From NCBI GenBank assembly GCA_963806855.1, contig CAWDYW010000001.1, positions 608,001 to 672,000 on the forward strand: a DNA stretch of 64,000 nucleotides, read 5' to 3'. Below the pieces are notes generated by a model that saw only the letters and a program-made list of their open reading frames with translations, was not told the origin of the DNA and did no database searches. Positions 1 to 9,086 of this stretch are shown here, one piece after another. Source of the DNA: an uncultured Verrucomicrobiae bacterium. GTDB lineage: Bacteria > Chlamydiota > Chlamydiia > Chlamydiales > Rhabdochlamydiaceae. Each line of letters opens with the position of its first letter. The stretch's first letter is position 1. A program made the translations under genes and the position numbers.

Positions 1-741
1 GCTGCAGCATCGGGATTGGCTCAAACAGATATGATCCTGCCATTCATCGGCACCTTCCTCACTTTTTCCGATTACATGCGCAATGCGATCCGCCTCGCGT
101 CGCTCTCTGAGACCCATGTCATCTATCAATTCACCCATGACTCGATTTTCCTCGGCGAAGATGGCCCGACCCACCAACCTGTTGAGCACTACGCCGCTCT
201 GCGGGTGATCCCCAATCTGCAAGTGATCCGCCCTGCCGATGCCAACGAAGTGAAAATGGCCTGGTTGGCAGCCTTGAAATATCGAGGACCCACAGCTCTG
301 CTCCTTTCAAGACAGAATTTGCCAACCTTAGATGAGACAAACGTCTCTTACGAAAAAGGAATGGGCAAAGGGGCCTATATTTTGAAGAAAGAAAAAACCA
401 AACCCGATTTTTGCCTAATCGCAACCGGCTCAGAGGTCTCCCTGGCAATGGATGTGGCCGCCGCCCTGCAACAACGGGACAAATCGGTCCGCGTCGTCTC
501 CATGCCCTGCTGGAAACTCTTCGAAGAGCAAAGCGATGCTTATAAGCATGAAGTGCTCGGCGGCGATCTTGGCCAAAGAGTCAGCATCGAAGCGGGAGTC
601 TCCTTCGGTTGGAGCAAGTGGATCGGACCCTTTGGCATCTCGATTGCCATGGACACCTTCGGAGCTTCGGCCCCAATGAGCGATCTGCAAGCAGAGTTCG
701 GCTTTAACGTCGACGCCATCCTAAACAGGTTATTGGGGTAG
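1..741 (+). CDS. tkt: Transketolase, C-terminal part (truncated by window start)
   Basis: Motifs TFLTFSDYMRNAIRL, THDSIFLGEDGPTHQP, TGSEV, VRVVSMP, FGASAP. Confidence 0.95.
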   Translation, partial: AAASGLAQTDMILPFIGTFLTFSDYMRNAIRLASLSETHVIYQFTHDSIFLGEDGPTHQPVEHYAALRVIPNLQVIRPADANEVKMAWLAALKYRGPTALLLSRQNLPTLDETNVSYEKGMGKGAYILKKEKTKPDFCLIATGSEVSLAMDVAAALQQRDKSVRVVSMPCWKLFEEQSDAYKHEVLGGDLGQRVSIEAGVSFGWSKWIGPFGISIAMDTFGASAPMSDLQAEFGFNVDAILNRLLG

Positions 742-750
742 AGCTTTTTC

Positions 751-826
751 AACGCAAAGGCGCCAAGACGCAAAGAAAAGAAAAATTACTTTTTTTTGCG
801 TCTTGGCGCCTTTGCGTCTTTGCGTT
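751..826. repeat. Hairpin built from CGCAAAGA/TCTTTGCG units between convergent tkt and bioF; likely bidirectional terminator or REP-like element
   Basis: AACGCAAAGGCGCCAAGACGCAAAG ... TTTGCGTCTTGGCGCCTTTGCGT; related copies at 21157-21206 and 35569-35650. Confidence 0.75.
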
Positions 827-1948
827 CTAAACAGTCGCCATCATCTCAGCCGTTTGCCAGCTTTTGATCGCGTCGGTCAGGCGGGTCAGGTGGTCGGGCA
901 TATGGCAGATATTGAGGGCGATCTGAATGCGACGCTTTTCTCCCATGACCACAATTTGCTCTTGCAGCAAGAAGGCCATCAGCCGATCACAATCCTCAAT
1001 GCTCTTCATCTCGAATGAAATCAGCGGAGTGTTGCATTTTGGCAGCTCGAATCCCATCGCACGCAGAGAGCACTTTAGCCAATGAGATCGCTGCTCGAGT
1101 TGTTTTCGTTCTCCCTCCATTTGAGGAAGGAGATCGAGTGCCATTTCAATGGCCCCGATGATTGGGGGAGATAAGAGAGCGTTTGCAGAGAGATGATTAA
1201 GGAGATAATCGCGAATCGTTTCGTTGCAAGCGATGTACCCTCCGTAGGCGCCACAGGTCTTGCCAAAGGAGCCCGAGATAATATCCACTTCTCTATGATG
1301 CGCGCAGAGCCCCATTCCATCGACGCCTGCCACACCAAATGCGTGGGAATCATCGACATAGAGCAGTGCGTCATAGTGCTCTGCCAGTTCACAGATCATC
1401 GACAGATTGGAGACCGATCCATCGGAGCTAAATACTGATTCGGTGACGATGATTTTAGTGGGGGTGTTGACCTCATCTAATAACCGCTCGAGTTGATCCG
1501 GGCGATAACGGCGTGCACGACTCGGAATTAAACTTTGATGGCATTTCTCATCGACAAAAATGCTTGCCCCCTCATGACAGATCGCCGCCAGTGCCGTCTG
1601 ATTTGCCTCTTCGCGGGAGGCAAAAAAAAGGGCAGCTTCTCTTCGGAGCAGTTCGCTCAATTTCTCTTCGAGATCGTGCTGACAGGTCAAATAGAAATCG
1701 CCCGATTCAGAAAAGGGGCAGATCCCATTCTGCAGTAAATATTTAATCGCATTTTTTTTGACCGCAGGGTTGTCGGCGAGGGCCAAATGGTCATAGGAGC
1801 AAAAACTGAGGAGCTTCTGGTCTTCATGGAGGATAAATGCGCCATTGATCGGAGTCATCGTCTTCAAATTGCGCAAGGGTTTTTCGACTGCATATCCTAA
1901 ATATTTACTACTCATCCGGCTCACCCAAAAAAAGAAAGATGGTGTCAT
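827..1948 (-). CDS. bioF: 8-amino-7-oxononanoate synthase-like class II PLP enzyme (alternative start 1915)
   Basis: FCSYDHLAL, IVTESVFSSDG, VDDSHAFG, GSFGKTCG (PLP lysine). Confidence 0.8.
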   Translation of the reverse strand: MTPSFFFWVSRMSSKYLGYAVEKPLRNLKTMTPINGAFILHEDQKLLSFCSYDHLALADNPAVKKNAIKYLLQNGICPFSESGDFYLTCQHDLEEKLSELLRREAALFFASREEANQTALAAICHEGASIFVDEKCHQSLIPSRARRYRPDQLERLLDEVNTPTKIIVTESVFSSDGSVSNLSMICELAEHYDALLYVDDSHAFGVAGVDGMGLCAHHREVDIISGSFGKTCGAYGGYIACNETIRDYLLNHLSANALLSPPIIGAIEMALDLLPQMEGERKQLEQRSHWLKCSLRAMGFELPKCNTPLISFEMKSIEDCDRLMAFLLQEQIVVMGEKRRIQIALNICHMPDHLTRLTDAIKSWQTAEMMATV

Positions 1949-2050
1949 AAATAGATTTTATCCGCAATCGCGCTTTTCTTTTTTTGATGACCTTTGGTAT
2001 AATTTTATGGCAACAAATCGGAAATTCTTCCGATAGGAGGGTTAGCAATC

Positions 2051-2545
2051 ATGCAGGTACCTGAGATTCAAGCCCCCACCTCAGCTCCCGACACATCTCC
2101 TTGCTTCAGAGTGCTCGTTGTTGAAGATGAAGCTACACCTCGTCGGCTAATTGAAAAGTGGTGCAATCCAATTTTAGCTAAAAGTAAATTCGGTCATTTA
2201 ATTGATTATAAAACAACGTGTGATGAGGGATGGGCCTGCGCACAAGAAAGGCCATACAATTTTTATATCATAGATGGGCAAACGCCAGGAAAACTGAATG
2301 GACCTGAGGTTTGCCAAAAGATTCTTGAGCTATACCCTGAACAAATACTGCAACAGAATGCCCAGGTGATCTTATATACTGCTATGAAACCATCTGAGAT
2401 TGAAAAAACCGGTCTTTCTAAAAAGGTTAAGGTCATTCCTAAGCAGCAAGTCCAGACGCTTGTTAGTGAATTAGAGGATCGGGTAAGGCTTTTCGAAAGC
2501 ACGCTGGCGAGTCGAAAGAACTCAGCTGATGCTCAACTAGGCTGA
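2051..2545 (+). CDS. Stand-alone response regulator receiver domain with N-terminal extension
   Basis: VLVVEDE, IIDGQTPGKLNG (phospho-Asp), ILYTA, IPK. Confidence 0.75.
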   Translation: MQVPEIQAPTSAPDTSPCFRVLVVEDEATPRRLIEKWCNPILAKSKFGHLIDYKTTCDEGWACAQERPYNFYIIDGQTPGKLNGPEVCQKILELYPEQILQQNAQVILYTAMKPSEIEKTGLSKKVKVIPKQQVQTLVSELEDRVRLFESTLASRKNSADAQLG

Positions 2546-2551
2546 ATTTTT

Positions 2552-3097
2552 CTACTTCGCAATCAGAGGATGAGTCTCTTCAGTGATCAGATCGCCGAAG
2601 CCGTAGCCGAGCCGCTTGAGCTGGTGGGTGAATGGGTCGCTGTCTTGAAGACGATAACGGGCCCTGTCGGTGGCAAAGACAATGAAAAGGTAGGGAGTCT
2701 GCAGCGCTGCAAAGTCGAGTGGGAATTGCGCGGTGTAGAACGTCACCACACCCGTAGCTAAGTTAATGATAGCGCCGCCACAGGTCTCTGACATGGAGCT
2801 GATCGTCTCGATAGGCAAAGTCCCTTCAAAAAATGGTCCGTATTGAGTGAAGACGATACGCAAGCGCTTTTTCACGAAAAGATTCGCAGCCAGTTGGCCG
2901 AGCCTCGGTGTGTGCAGCGCACTTAAGAGGGGAGGGTTATCCCGCTCAAGATCGCGGCCCGAATGGGTGGGGGCGCTGGCCTGATCGAGGAGCGCCTTCA
3001 AGCTGACAATCTCAATACTCGAATAGAGATCTTCAAACTCGACCTGCCCCTCCTTGCGGAAGAAATTTAGCTGTGACGATGTGATCGTATAACGCAT
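2552..3097 (-). CDS. Chlamydial CT296 (DcrA)-like protein
   Basis: Divergent from rnc-radA as CT296/297/298 in Chlamydia; N-terminal QLNFFRKEGQVEFEDL resembles the 2OG-dioxygenase fold. Confidence 0.6.
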   Translation of the reverse strand: MRYTITSSQLNFFRKEGQVEFEDLYSSIEIVSLKALLDQASAPTHSGRDLERDNPPLLSALHTPRLGQLAANLFVKKRLRIVFTQYGPFFEGTLPIETISSMSETCGGAIINLATGVVTFYTAQFPLDFAALQTPYLFIVFATDRARYRLQDSDPFTHQLKRLGYGFGDLITEETHPLIAK

Positions 3098-3159
3098 GGT
3101 GAGGTCAGTATACTAGAAGTTGTTGTATTTTGAGAAGAAATCCCCTATTTTTAAGGGGA

Positions 3160-3882
3160 ATGAACTCACTTGAAACCCTTTTAAGCCACGCCCCCGAGAT
3201 CGAAGCCACCCTAGGCTATCCCTTTTCCAATAAAGAGTATTTAGTTTTGCCCTTTGTCCACCGCTCCTTTTTCAATGAGAACCGGGGCCTCGTCGCCGAG
3301 CATAACGAGCGTCTCGAATTTTTAGGCGACTCGGTGCTGGGGCTGATCGTCTCAGGATATCTCTATAGCCATCTGCCAACCCAATCTGAAGGGCATCTGT
3401 CCCATCTGCGAGCCCATCTGGTTGGGGCTGAGTCGTGTGTCCGCTATATCCGGCAGCTGGGGCTTGAGAAATTTTTGATGCTCGGCAAGGGAGAGGCAGT
3501 CAATGTCGGGAGGGGCAGAGAGCGGATCCTGGCCGACCTGCTGGAGGCGATCATCGGAGCGATCTACCTCGATGGAGGACTTAAGGCGGCTGTTGAGTTT
3601 GTGATGCGCCATTTCTCCTCCTATATCGATGAGGCGATGGACAGCCCTTTACGCAATTGGAAGGCCGAACTCCAAGACTATTCGCAGAAAAAATTTCAAA
3701 AACCGCCCGAGTATCAGGTGCGAGAAGAGGCTGGGCCGCCCCATAGCAAGACCTTTAGCGTTGCCGTGCTGATAGAAGGGGTCGAAATGGGGCAAGGAGA
3801 AGGGGCATCGAAAAAACAGGCTGAGCAGGCGGCTGCAGAAGATGCGCTCCGCCGAATCGAGAAGGAGGAGAGCCATGAGTAA
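3160..3882 (+). CDS. rnc: Ribonuclease III
   Basis: NERLEFLGDSVL signature and C-terminal dsRBD (GASKKQAEQAAA); ATG at 3160 after AAGGGG. Confidence 0.97.
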   Translation: MNSLETLLSHAPEIEATLGYPFSNKEYLVLPFVHRSFFNENRGLVAEHNERLEFLGDSVLGLIVSGYLYSHLPTQSEGHLSHLRAHLVGAESCVRYIRQLGLEKFLMLGKGEAVNVGRGRERILADLLEAIIGAIYLDGGLKAAVEFVMRHFSSYIDEAMDSPLRNWKAELQDYSQKKFQKPPEYQVREEAGPPHSKTFSVAVLIEGVEMGQGEGASKKQAEQAAAEDALRRIEKEESHE

Positions 3883-5248
3883 GACCAAGACCTTATGGTC
3901 CTGCAACGAGTGTGGCCATAGCCAGAGCAAATGGACCGGCAGCTGCAGCATGTGCCAGAAGTGGAACACCTTTGTCGAAGAGGTGGAGATCGAGAGCAAA
4001 GGGCGCCGCTTTGAATCATCCTCCGAAAAAGGCGCTCAGCCGATGCGCGTTGGCGAAATCAAAAATGTCTCCTTCAAGCGGATCCTCACCGGCTTTGGCG
4101 AGTTCGACCGACTCATGGGAGGCGGCATCGTCACCGGCTCGCTGACCCTCGTTGGCGGAGATCCTGGAATTGGGAAATCGACCCTGATGCTCCAGGTCTC
4201 CCAGTGCCTCGCTTCCCAAGGATTAACCGTGCTCTACATCTGCGGCGAAGAATCGGTCGAGCAAACCTCCATGCGTGCGCAGCGGCTCAGCATCACCAGC
4301 GATAACCTCTACCTCCTCTCGGAGACCAATTTTACCCACATCAAGCACCAGATCGATCAACTCAAGCCCGATGTGCTCATCGTCGACTCAATCCAAATCC
4401 TCTACAAGCAAGATCTCCCTTCTGCGCCGGGCAGCGTCACTCAAGTGCGGGAACTGGCAACCGAATTCATGCATCTGTCCAAAGGGATGGGCATTTCGAC
4501 CTTCCTGATCGGCCATGTGACCAAAACAGGGGAGATCGCCGGCCCCCGCGTCCTCGAGCACATCGTCGACACCGTCCTCGATTTCGACGGCGACCAGCAA
4601 CATGGCTACCGGATGCTGCGAGGCATCAAAAACCGCTTTGGCCCCACTGACGACATCGCCATTTTCCAGATGAATGCAAGCGGCCTCTCCGAAGTGAGCA
4701 ACCCCTCGCTGATCTTTCTCGAAGAGCGTGGCAAAAAGACGACCGGCTCGGCGATCATCCCCACAATCGAAGGGTCCCGCTCCTTCCTCATCGAAATGCA
4801 AGCGCTCGTCGCCGCGTCTGGCTTTTCCAATCCCACCCGCAAATCGACCGGTCTCAATCCCAATCGCCTCTCGCTGCTGCTCGCCGTCCTCGAGAAGCGG
4901 ATGGGCTTCCAGCTTCACAATAAAGATGTCTTTGTCTCAGTGGCCGGCGGCTTAAAAATCACCGAGCCGGCGATCGACCTCGGCGTGATCATGGCGATCA
5001 GCTCCTCATTCAGCAATCGGGTCCTCGATCCCAAAGTGACGATCATCGGCGAAGTGGGCCTCGGCGGAGAAGTGCGCAGCGTCCCTCGCATCGAGAGCAG
5101 GCTTAAAGAGGCGATCAACATGGGCTTTACCGGCTGCATCCTCCCCAAACGGAACCTTAAAGGGCTCTCCAAAGAGCTGCAAAGTAGCATCCAGCTCAAT
5201 GGGATCGAATATGTCGAAGAGGCGATCGCTGGTTTGACTAGCGCTTAG
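3875..5248 (+). CDS. radA: DNA repair protein RadA/Sms
   Basis: CxxC zinc finger, GGDPGIGKST, KNRFG motif. Confidence 0.97.
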   Translation: MSKTKTLWSCNECGHSQSKWTGSCSMCQKWNTFVEEVEIESKGRRFESSSEKGAQPMRVGEIKNVSFKRILTGFGEFDRLMGGGIVTGSLTLVGGDPGIGKSTLMLQVSQCLASQGLTVLYICGEESVEQTSMRAQRLSITSDNLYLLSETNFTHIKHQIDQLKPDVLIVDSIQILYKQDLPSAPGSVTQVRELATEFMHLSKGMGISTFLIGHVTKTGEIAGPRVLEHIVDTVLDFDGDQQHGYRMLRGIKNRFGPTDDIAIFQMNASGLSEVSNPSLIFLEERGKKTTGSAIIPTIEGSRSFLIEMQALVAASGFSNPTRKSTGLNPNRLSLLLAVLEKRMGFQLHNKDVFVSVAGGLKITEPAIDLGVIMAISSSFSNRVLDPKVTIIGEVGLGGEVRSVPRIESRLKEAINMGFTGCILPKRNLKGLSKELQSSIQLNGIEYVEEAIAGLTSA

Positions 5249-5251
5249 AGA
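5167..5251 (+). repeat. 85-bp direct repeat, copy 1 (3' end of radA)
   Basis: Identical to 6362-6446. Confidence 0.95.
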
Positions 5252-5262
5252 AAGTTATCGAA

Positions 5263-6297
5263 TTAATTTTTTTTGTTAAGTTCGGCCTCAATTTGCTCGA
5301 TAGTGGGTAGATTTGACTGAAGTGTTTCGATTAGTTTTGTTGTATAACTCGAAACCCCTATTGGCTTTTGGAAATTTTGCAACGTATATTCAACCATAAG
5401 TCTCTTTTTTGTTTTGCAAAGAATCATTCCAATAGACGGTTCATCATTATGCTGTTTGAGCTGAGCATCGATAGCTGAGAGATAAAAACTAATTTTGCCT
5501 ACATATTCTGGTTTAAATGCTCCGCTTTTAAGTTCAACGACAATGAAACGTTTAAGTTTAAAATGATAAAAGAGCAAGTCGATAAAAAATTCTTCTCCAT
5601 CCACCTCGATCTTATACTGCCTTCCTACAAAAGCGAATCCGGTTCCTAGTTCGATTAGAACTTTTTGGATGTGCTCAATTAAGCCATCTTCGATCTCAAG
5701 TTCATCTGCTTTTTCTCTTATCATTAGGAATTCAAAGCAATAAGGATCTTTCAATTCTGCTTTTGCAAGATCAGATTCTATCTTAGGTAATGTAGTGGCG
5801 AAATTTGTAATAGCTTTGCCTTGCCTATTATAGAGATTGGATTCTATCCACATTTCTAAAACATTTCGGCTCCATCCATTTTCTATAGTCTTTTGCGCGT
5901 ACCAAAGGCGTTCATTCAAATCTTTAAGTTTGTCAATTAAAACCATATTATGTCCCCAAGGCAATTTTGCAGCAGCTTGCTGCAAAATTACAAATTCAGG
6001 ATATGCTTCAGCGAATTGCTTCATATAGAATAGGTTGCGGACTGAAAAGCCTGCCATTTTAGGAAAAGAGATCTTAAGATCTTCGGCTAGTCTCTCGATA
6101 ACCTTTGTTCCCCACCCTTCCCTTTTTTGGCGTTGTGCGATCTCTTGTCCCATCTCCCAATAGAGCTTAATGAGTTCTGTATTCACAGAAACTGCCGCTT
6201 TGAGTTGGGAACAGCGGATTTTTTCTTTAATGATATTTAAGAGATCGGCATAGCTAACAGCAGTACTCTCTGAGTTTTTGACAGAAGAGGCTTTCAT
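5263..6297 (-). CDS. YhcG/DUF1016 family PD-(D/E)xK nuclease-domain protein
   Basis: VNTELIKLYWEMG, GFSVRNLFYM, KDPY, GFAFVGRQ, FIDLLFYH, VVELK. Confidence 0.92.
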   Translation of the reverse strand: MKASSVKNSESTAVSYADLLNIIKEKIRCSQLKAAVSVNTELIKLYWEMGQEIAQRQKREGWGTKVIERLAEDLKISFPKMAGFSVRNLFYMKQFAEAYPEFVILQQAAAKLPWGHNMVLIDKLKDLNERLWYAQKTIENGWSRNVLEMWIESNLYNRQGKAITNFATTLPKIESDLAKAELKDPYCFEFLMIREKADELEIEDGLIEHIQKVLIELGTGFAFVGRQYKIEVDGEEFFIDLLFYHFKLKRFIVVELKSGAFKPEYVGKISFYLSAIDAQLKQHNDEPSIGMILCKTKKRLMVEYTLQNFQKPIGVSSYTTKLIETLQSNLPTIEQIEAELNKKN

Positions 6298-6361
6298 GAA
6301 GAGAATCCTTATTAAAAAAAATGTTTTGATTTAGATTAGCAAACAGGAATGAAAAAAGAAA

Positions 6362-6446
6362 CTCCAAAGAGCTGCAAAGTAGCATCCAGCTCAATGGGAT
6401 CGAATATGTCGAAGAGGCGATCGCTGGTTTGACTAGCGCTTAGAGA
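6362..6446 (+). repeat. 85-bp direct repeat, copy 2 (duplicated radA tail)
   Basis: Identical to 5167-5251. Confidence 0.95.
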
Positions 6447-6447
6447 C

Positions 6448-6600
6448 TGGGCGTGTCGTCAAATTCCGAGTGGCTGAATTCGAGTTCTTTTCCCCTAGGA
6501 TGCGATAGCAGATCGGGGGTAATATTAGCAGATATAACTCCCGATCTGCTATACCCCGCGCCGTCCAAAATTGTGGATTTGGACCCACGCGAAAGCCTCG
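6448..6600. mobile_element. Composite MITE remnants: hairpin plus truncated left end of the TACCCCG family
   Basis: TAGCAGATCGGGGG..CTCCCGATCTGCTA hairpin; 6552-6600 closely resembles the left end of 62543-62705. Confidence 0.6.
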
Positions 6601-6623
6601 CTGTATAATAGTGAGTTTTGCAA

Positions 6624-7883
6624 CTACCCCAAGACATCAGGATTTTTCTTCGCGATATCTTCGCAGATGCGATATAACTCGTCGAAGAGGGGCGCTGTCT
6701 TTCGATATTCTTTGGCAGTTTCGAAAGCCTCTTTCCAGAGAATCGGATTGCCATGAAGAATGAGCTCTTCTCGAATGCCTACCGCGATCAATTCTGATAG
6801 CTCCGGGAATCCTTCTTTATAGACTTTAATGCAATCCTTAGCTGAATAGATCCCCAGACCAATGAGATTGAGCTTCTGGCCTTTCAAAAATTCTTCGACA
6901 ATCTCGATGAGTTGCACGTGCGTATTATCATGAGCATACGCGATCACCCTCGCACTAGTTTCTTTGGATAGCTTTTCTTTAATGGCGCGGCAGGCTGCTT
7001 CTTCAAATTCCCTGTTTTGCTTTTCCTTCCCAAAAGTTGAATTGAGACTGATTAATCCTAAGCAAGAATTCAATGTGATGTCATGATGAAAGCAATCACA
7101 GTTAAGAAAATAGACTAATTCCCTCATTAAGGAAATGCTACAGTTAATCTCAACTATACCGTCATGATGAGTCAGTTCCCCGGAGTTTAATGCCTTTCTA
7201 AAGAAAGCAGAATACTTTTTCAGAAGTTCAGGATCGACTGGCAGGTCTGCAGATTGTCCATCCTCCCATACTCGAATCGTAAAATCTTTACGCCCTTTTT
7301 CTTGTTCCGCTTCAATTGTGGGCTTTAGGCTGATCTTTGCTCTTCCAGTAGGCAGCTCTTCATCGAAATGGGGTTGTGCAATAGATCTAGTAATCACAGG
7401 GACTGTTCGATTTAAGTAATCTGCATAGTGCTGGCTGTAGTTGAAGACCTTTGCACGATCGGGATTCTGATACCAAGTTTCAAACGTAGCGCCTCGAGAA
7501 ATCAAGTCCTGAGTGCATAAGAGATTATAAGGGACCGATTGATGTCTATTTAATGGATCGATCTCGATCTCGATGACCTGGTTTTCACGAGCTGCCAAAA
7601 GCAACCTAAGGGGAAGCCAATTGGGAAAATGATCACTGACCAGAGCTCTTTCATTTTTTGGTCGATGCCAATACACCGCCTCATTATCTCTCCATTCGTA
7701 GACACGGACAGGGACAATCACATCTCCCTCTTCGATTGGCGTTTTCAATTTCTCAGAAAGTTTGATTACTTGATCTTTAGCAGCGACATAGGGATCACGC
7801 TGAGGATTAAAGTAGATGCATCCGTGATAAAAAGCATCCCCGTGTTTTTTAGGTGTCATTGCCGGGGCAAATGGCGTCATCAT
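6624..7883 (-). CDS. BTB/POZ-domain protein, candidate secreted effector
   Basis: DFTIRV...LPVDPELLKKYSAFFRKAL...LVYFLNC fits the BTB consensus. Confidence 0.65.
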   Translation of the reverse strand: MMTPFAPAMTPKKHGDAFYHGCIYFNPQRDPYVAAKDQVIKLSEKLKTPIEEGDVIVPVRVYEWRDNEAVYWHRPKNERALVSDHFPNWLPLRLLLAARENQVIEIEIDPLNRHQSVPYNLLCTQDLISRGATFETWYQNPDRAKVFNYSQHYADYLNRTVPVITRSIAQPHFDEELPTGRAKISLKPTIEAEQEKGRKDFTIRVWEDGQSADLPVDPELLKKYSAFFRKALNSGELTHHDGIVEINCSISLMRELVYFLNCDCFHHDITLNSCLGLISLNSTFGKEKQNREFEEAACRAIKEKLSKETSARVIAYAHDNTHVQLIEIVEEFLKGQKLNLIGLGIYSAKDCIKVYKEGFPELSELIAVGIREELILHGNPILWKEAFETAKEYRKTAPLFDELYRICEDIAKKNPDVLG

Positions 7884-7897
7884 AGTGGTGGGATTCC

Positions 7898-8839
7898 TTA
7901 GGATTCTAGATTCAAAATTGTACGTAAATTTCTAACCACTTCATTGCGGTTTAAGATTTTTGCTTCGTTGCTTTTTGCTCTGATTTCATCTGCCGTGGCC
8001 AGTTTTTTCAGCTGCATTGGAGAGTTATCGATTGCATACCACTTAGAAATATCTGGCCGATATTGCGCCATGACAATGCAGACCTGATTTAGCTCTCTCA
8101 ACGCTGGCCTATCTTGAGAGATCAGATAGAGATCAAACCAAAGCTCTGGCTCTTGTTTTTCGATTAGCCGAGTGCGGAGAAGCTCGCAAAGTGTGCCCAT
8201 ATGCTTTGGCTCAGCTGCAAGAGATTTCTGAAATTGGTCGAATACTTGGTCAGCTTTCTCAGTCTCTACCCATTTGAATTTGTAATAATGGTCAACTACG
8301 GCACCAGTGATTTTGGGGACTTTCTTTTCGAGGAAATCGGTGAGATATTTCTTAGCGTCAAAATCGATTATGGTATCGTCAAGAAATTTCGGTGGTGCGC
8401 GACATTCTTTTTTTGGTTTGAAAATCCAATCTTGGAAGTTAATCCAATCAACATTTGGGATATTCGATTCTTTTTGCGCGCAAAGTAATCGGTATTCGAA
8501 TCCTCTGACCTTCACTTTGATGACATCGCCCTCTCGCCCATGCAGAAGGCTATTTAGAGGGAGTCTTGTGGGAAGTTTATAGCTAATACCGTGAGAATAA
8601 GCAGGACCTGATGTCCATTCATCGGTATCAAGTTTGCCTGGGAAAAAAAAGCTCTCTTTCGTTGACCAAATCCGTACGGTAGCAGTGACCTCGCCTGGCT
8701 GAAGTTCAGAATGATCGGATTTGTAGCGGTCAACATTAAATGCGCTATTCATTACATCATCAATTCGATTAACAGGGTCATCATAAAAAGCGATTTTGGC
8801 ATCGTAATCTCTGCCCTGAATGAGGGGTGTGCTGGACAT
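7898..8839 (-). CDS. Hypothetical protein, paralog of the adjacent gene without the BTB domain
   Basis: Shares LP.rLPL..LL..RE..VI...Y.LLC.Q and C-terminal P.l.EL..iC..A...PD segments. Confidence 0.6.
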   Translation of the reverse strand: MSSTPLIQGRDYDAKIAFYDDPVNRIDDVMNSAFNVDRYKSDHSELQPGEVTATVRIWSTKESFFFPGKLDTDEWTSGPAYSHGISYKLPTRLPLNSLLHGREGDVIKVKVRGFEYRLLCAQKESNIPNVDWINFQDWIFKPKKECRAPPKFLDDTIIDFDAKKYLTDFLEKKVPKITGAVVDHYYKFKWVETEKADQVFDQFQKSLAAEPKHMGTLCELLRTRLIEKQEPELWFDLYLISQDRPALRELNQVCIVMAQYRPDISKWYAIDNSPMQLKKLATADEIRAKSNEAKILNRNEVVRNLRTILNLES

Positions 8840-8915
8840 CTCGATTTCTCCTTGGTATCGGTTAGAAGTCGAGAAGTCTAAGAAGATGCACGGAAAATTA
8901 GCAAGTAAAAAACGT

Positions 8916-9086
8916 TAGCTCGACTTTGTACAATTTTTAGCGAGCAGATCTAGAGGAAGCGCTCAGCAAATTATTAATTTCTTCGCGAAATTCATAGCCG
9001 AAGGTACTATTAATGAGCGAAGAAATAAATAATTTGCCGGCGATTCTCTCGGAGATGCCGCTAAAAATTGTACAAAGTCGAGGTTA
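8916..9086. mobile_element. About 171-bp palindromic MITE-like element
   Basis: Terminal IR CTCGACTTTGTACAATTTTTAGC/GCTAAAAATTGTACAAAGTCGAG with TA ends; core CATAGCCGAAGGTACTATT shared with 45624-45760. Confidence 0.75.

Noticed and set aside
8916..9086. Intergenic hairpins as integron attC sites
   Set aside because: There is no integrase and no regular cassette array; TA-bounded terminal inverted repeats fit MITEs better.
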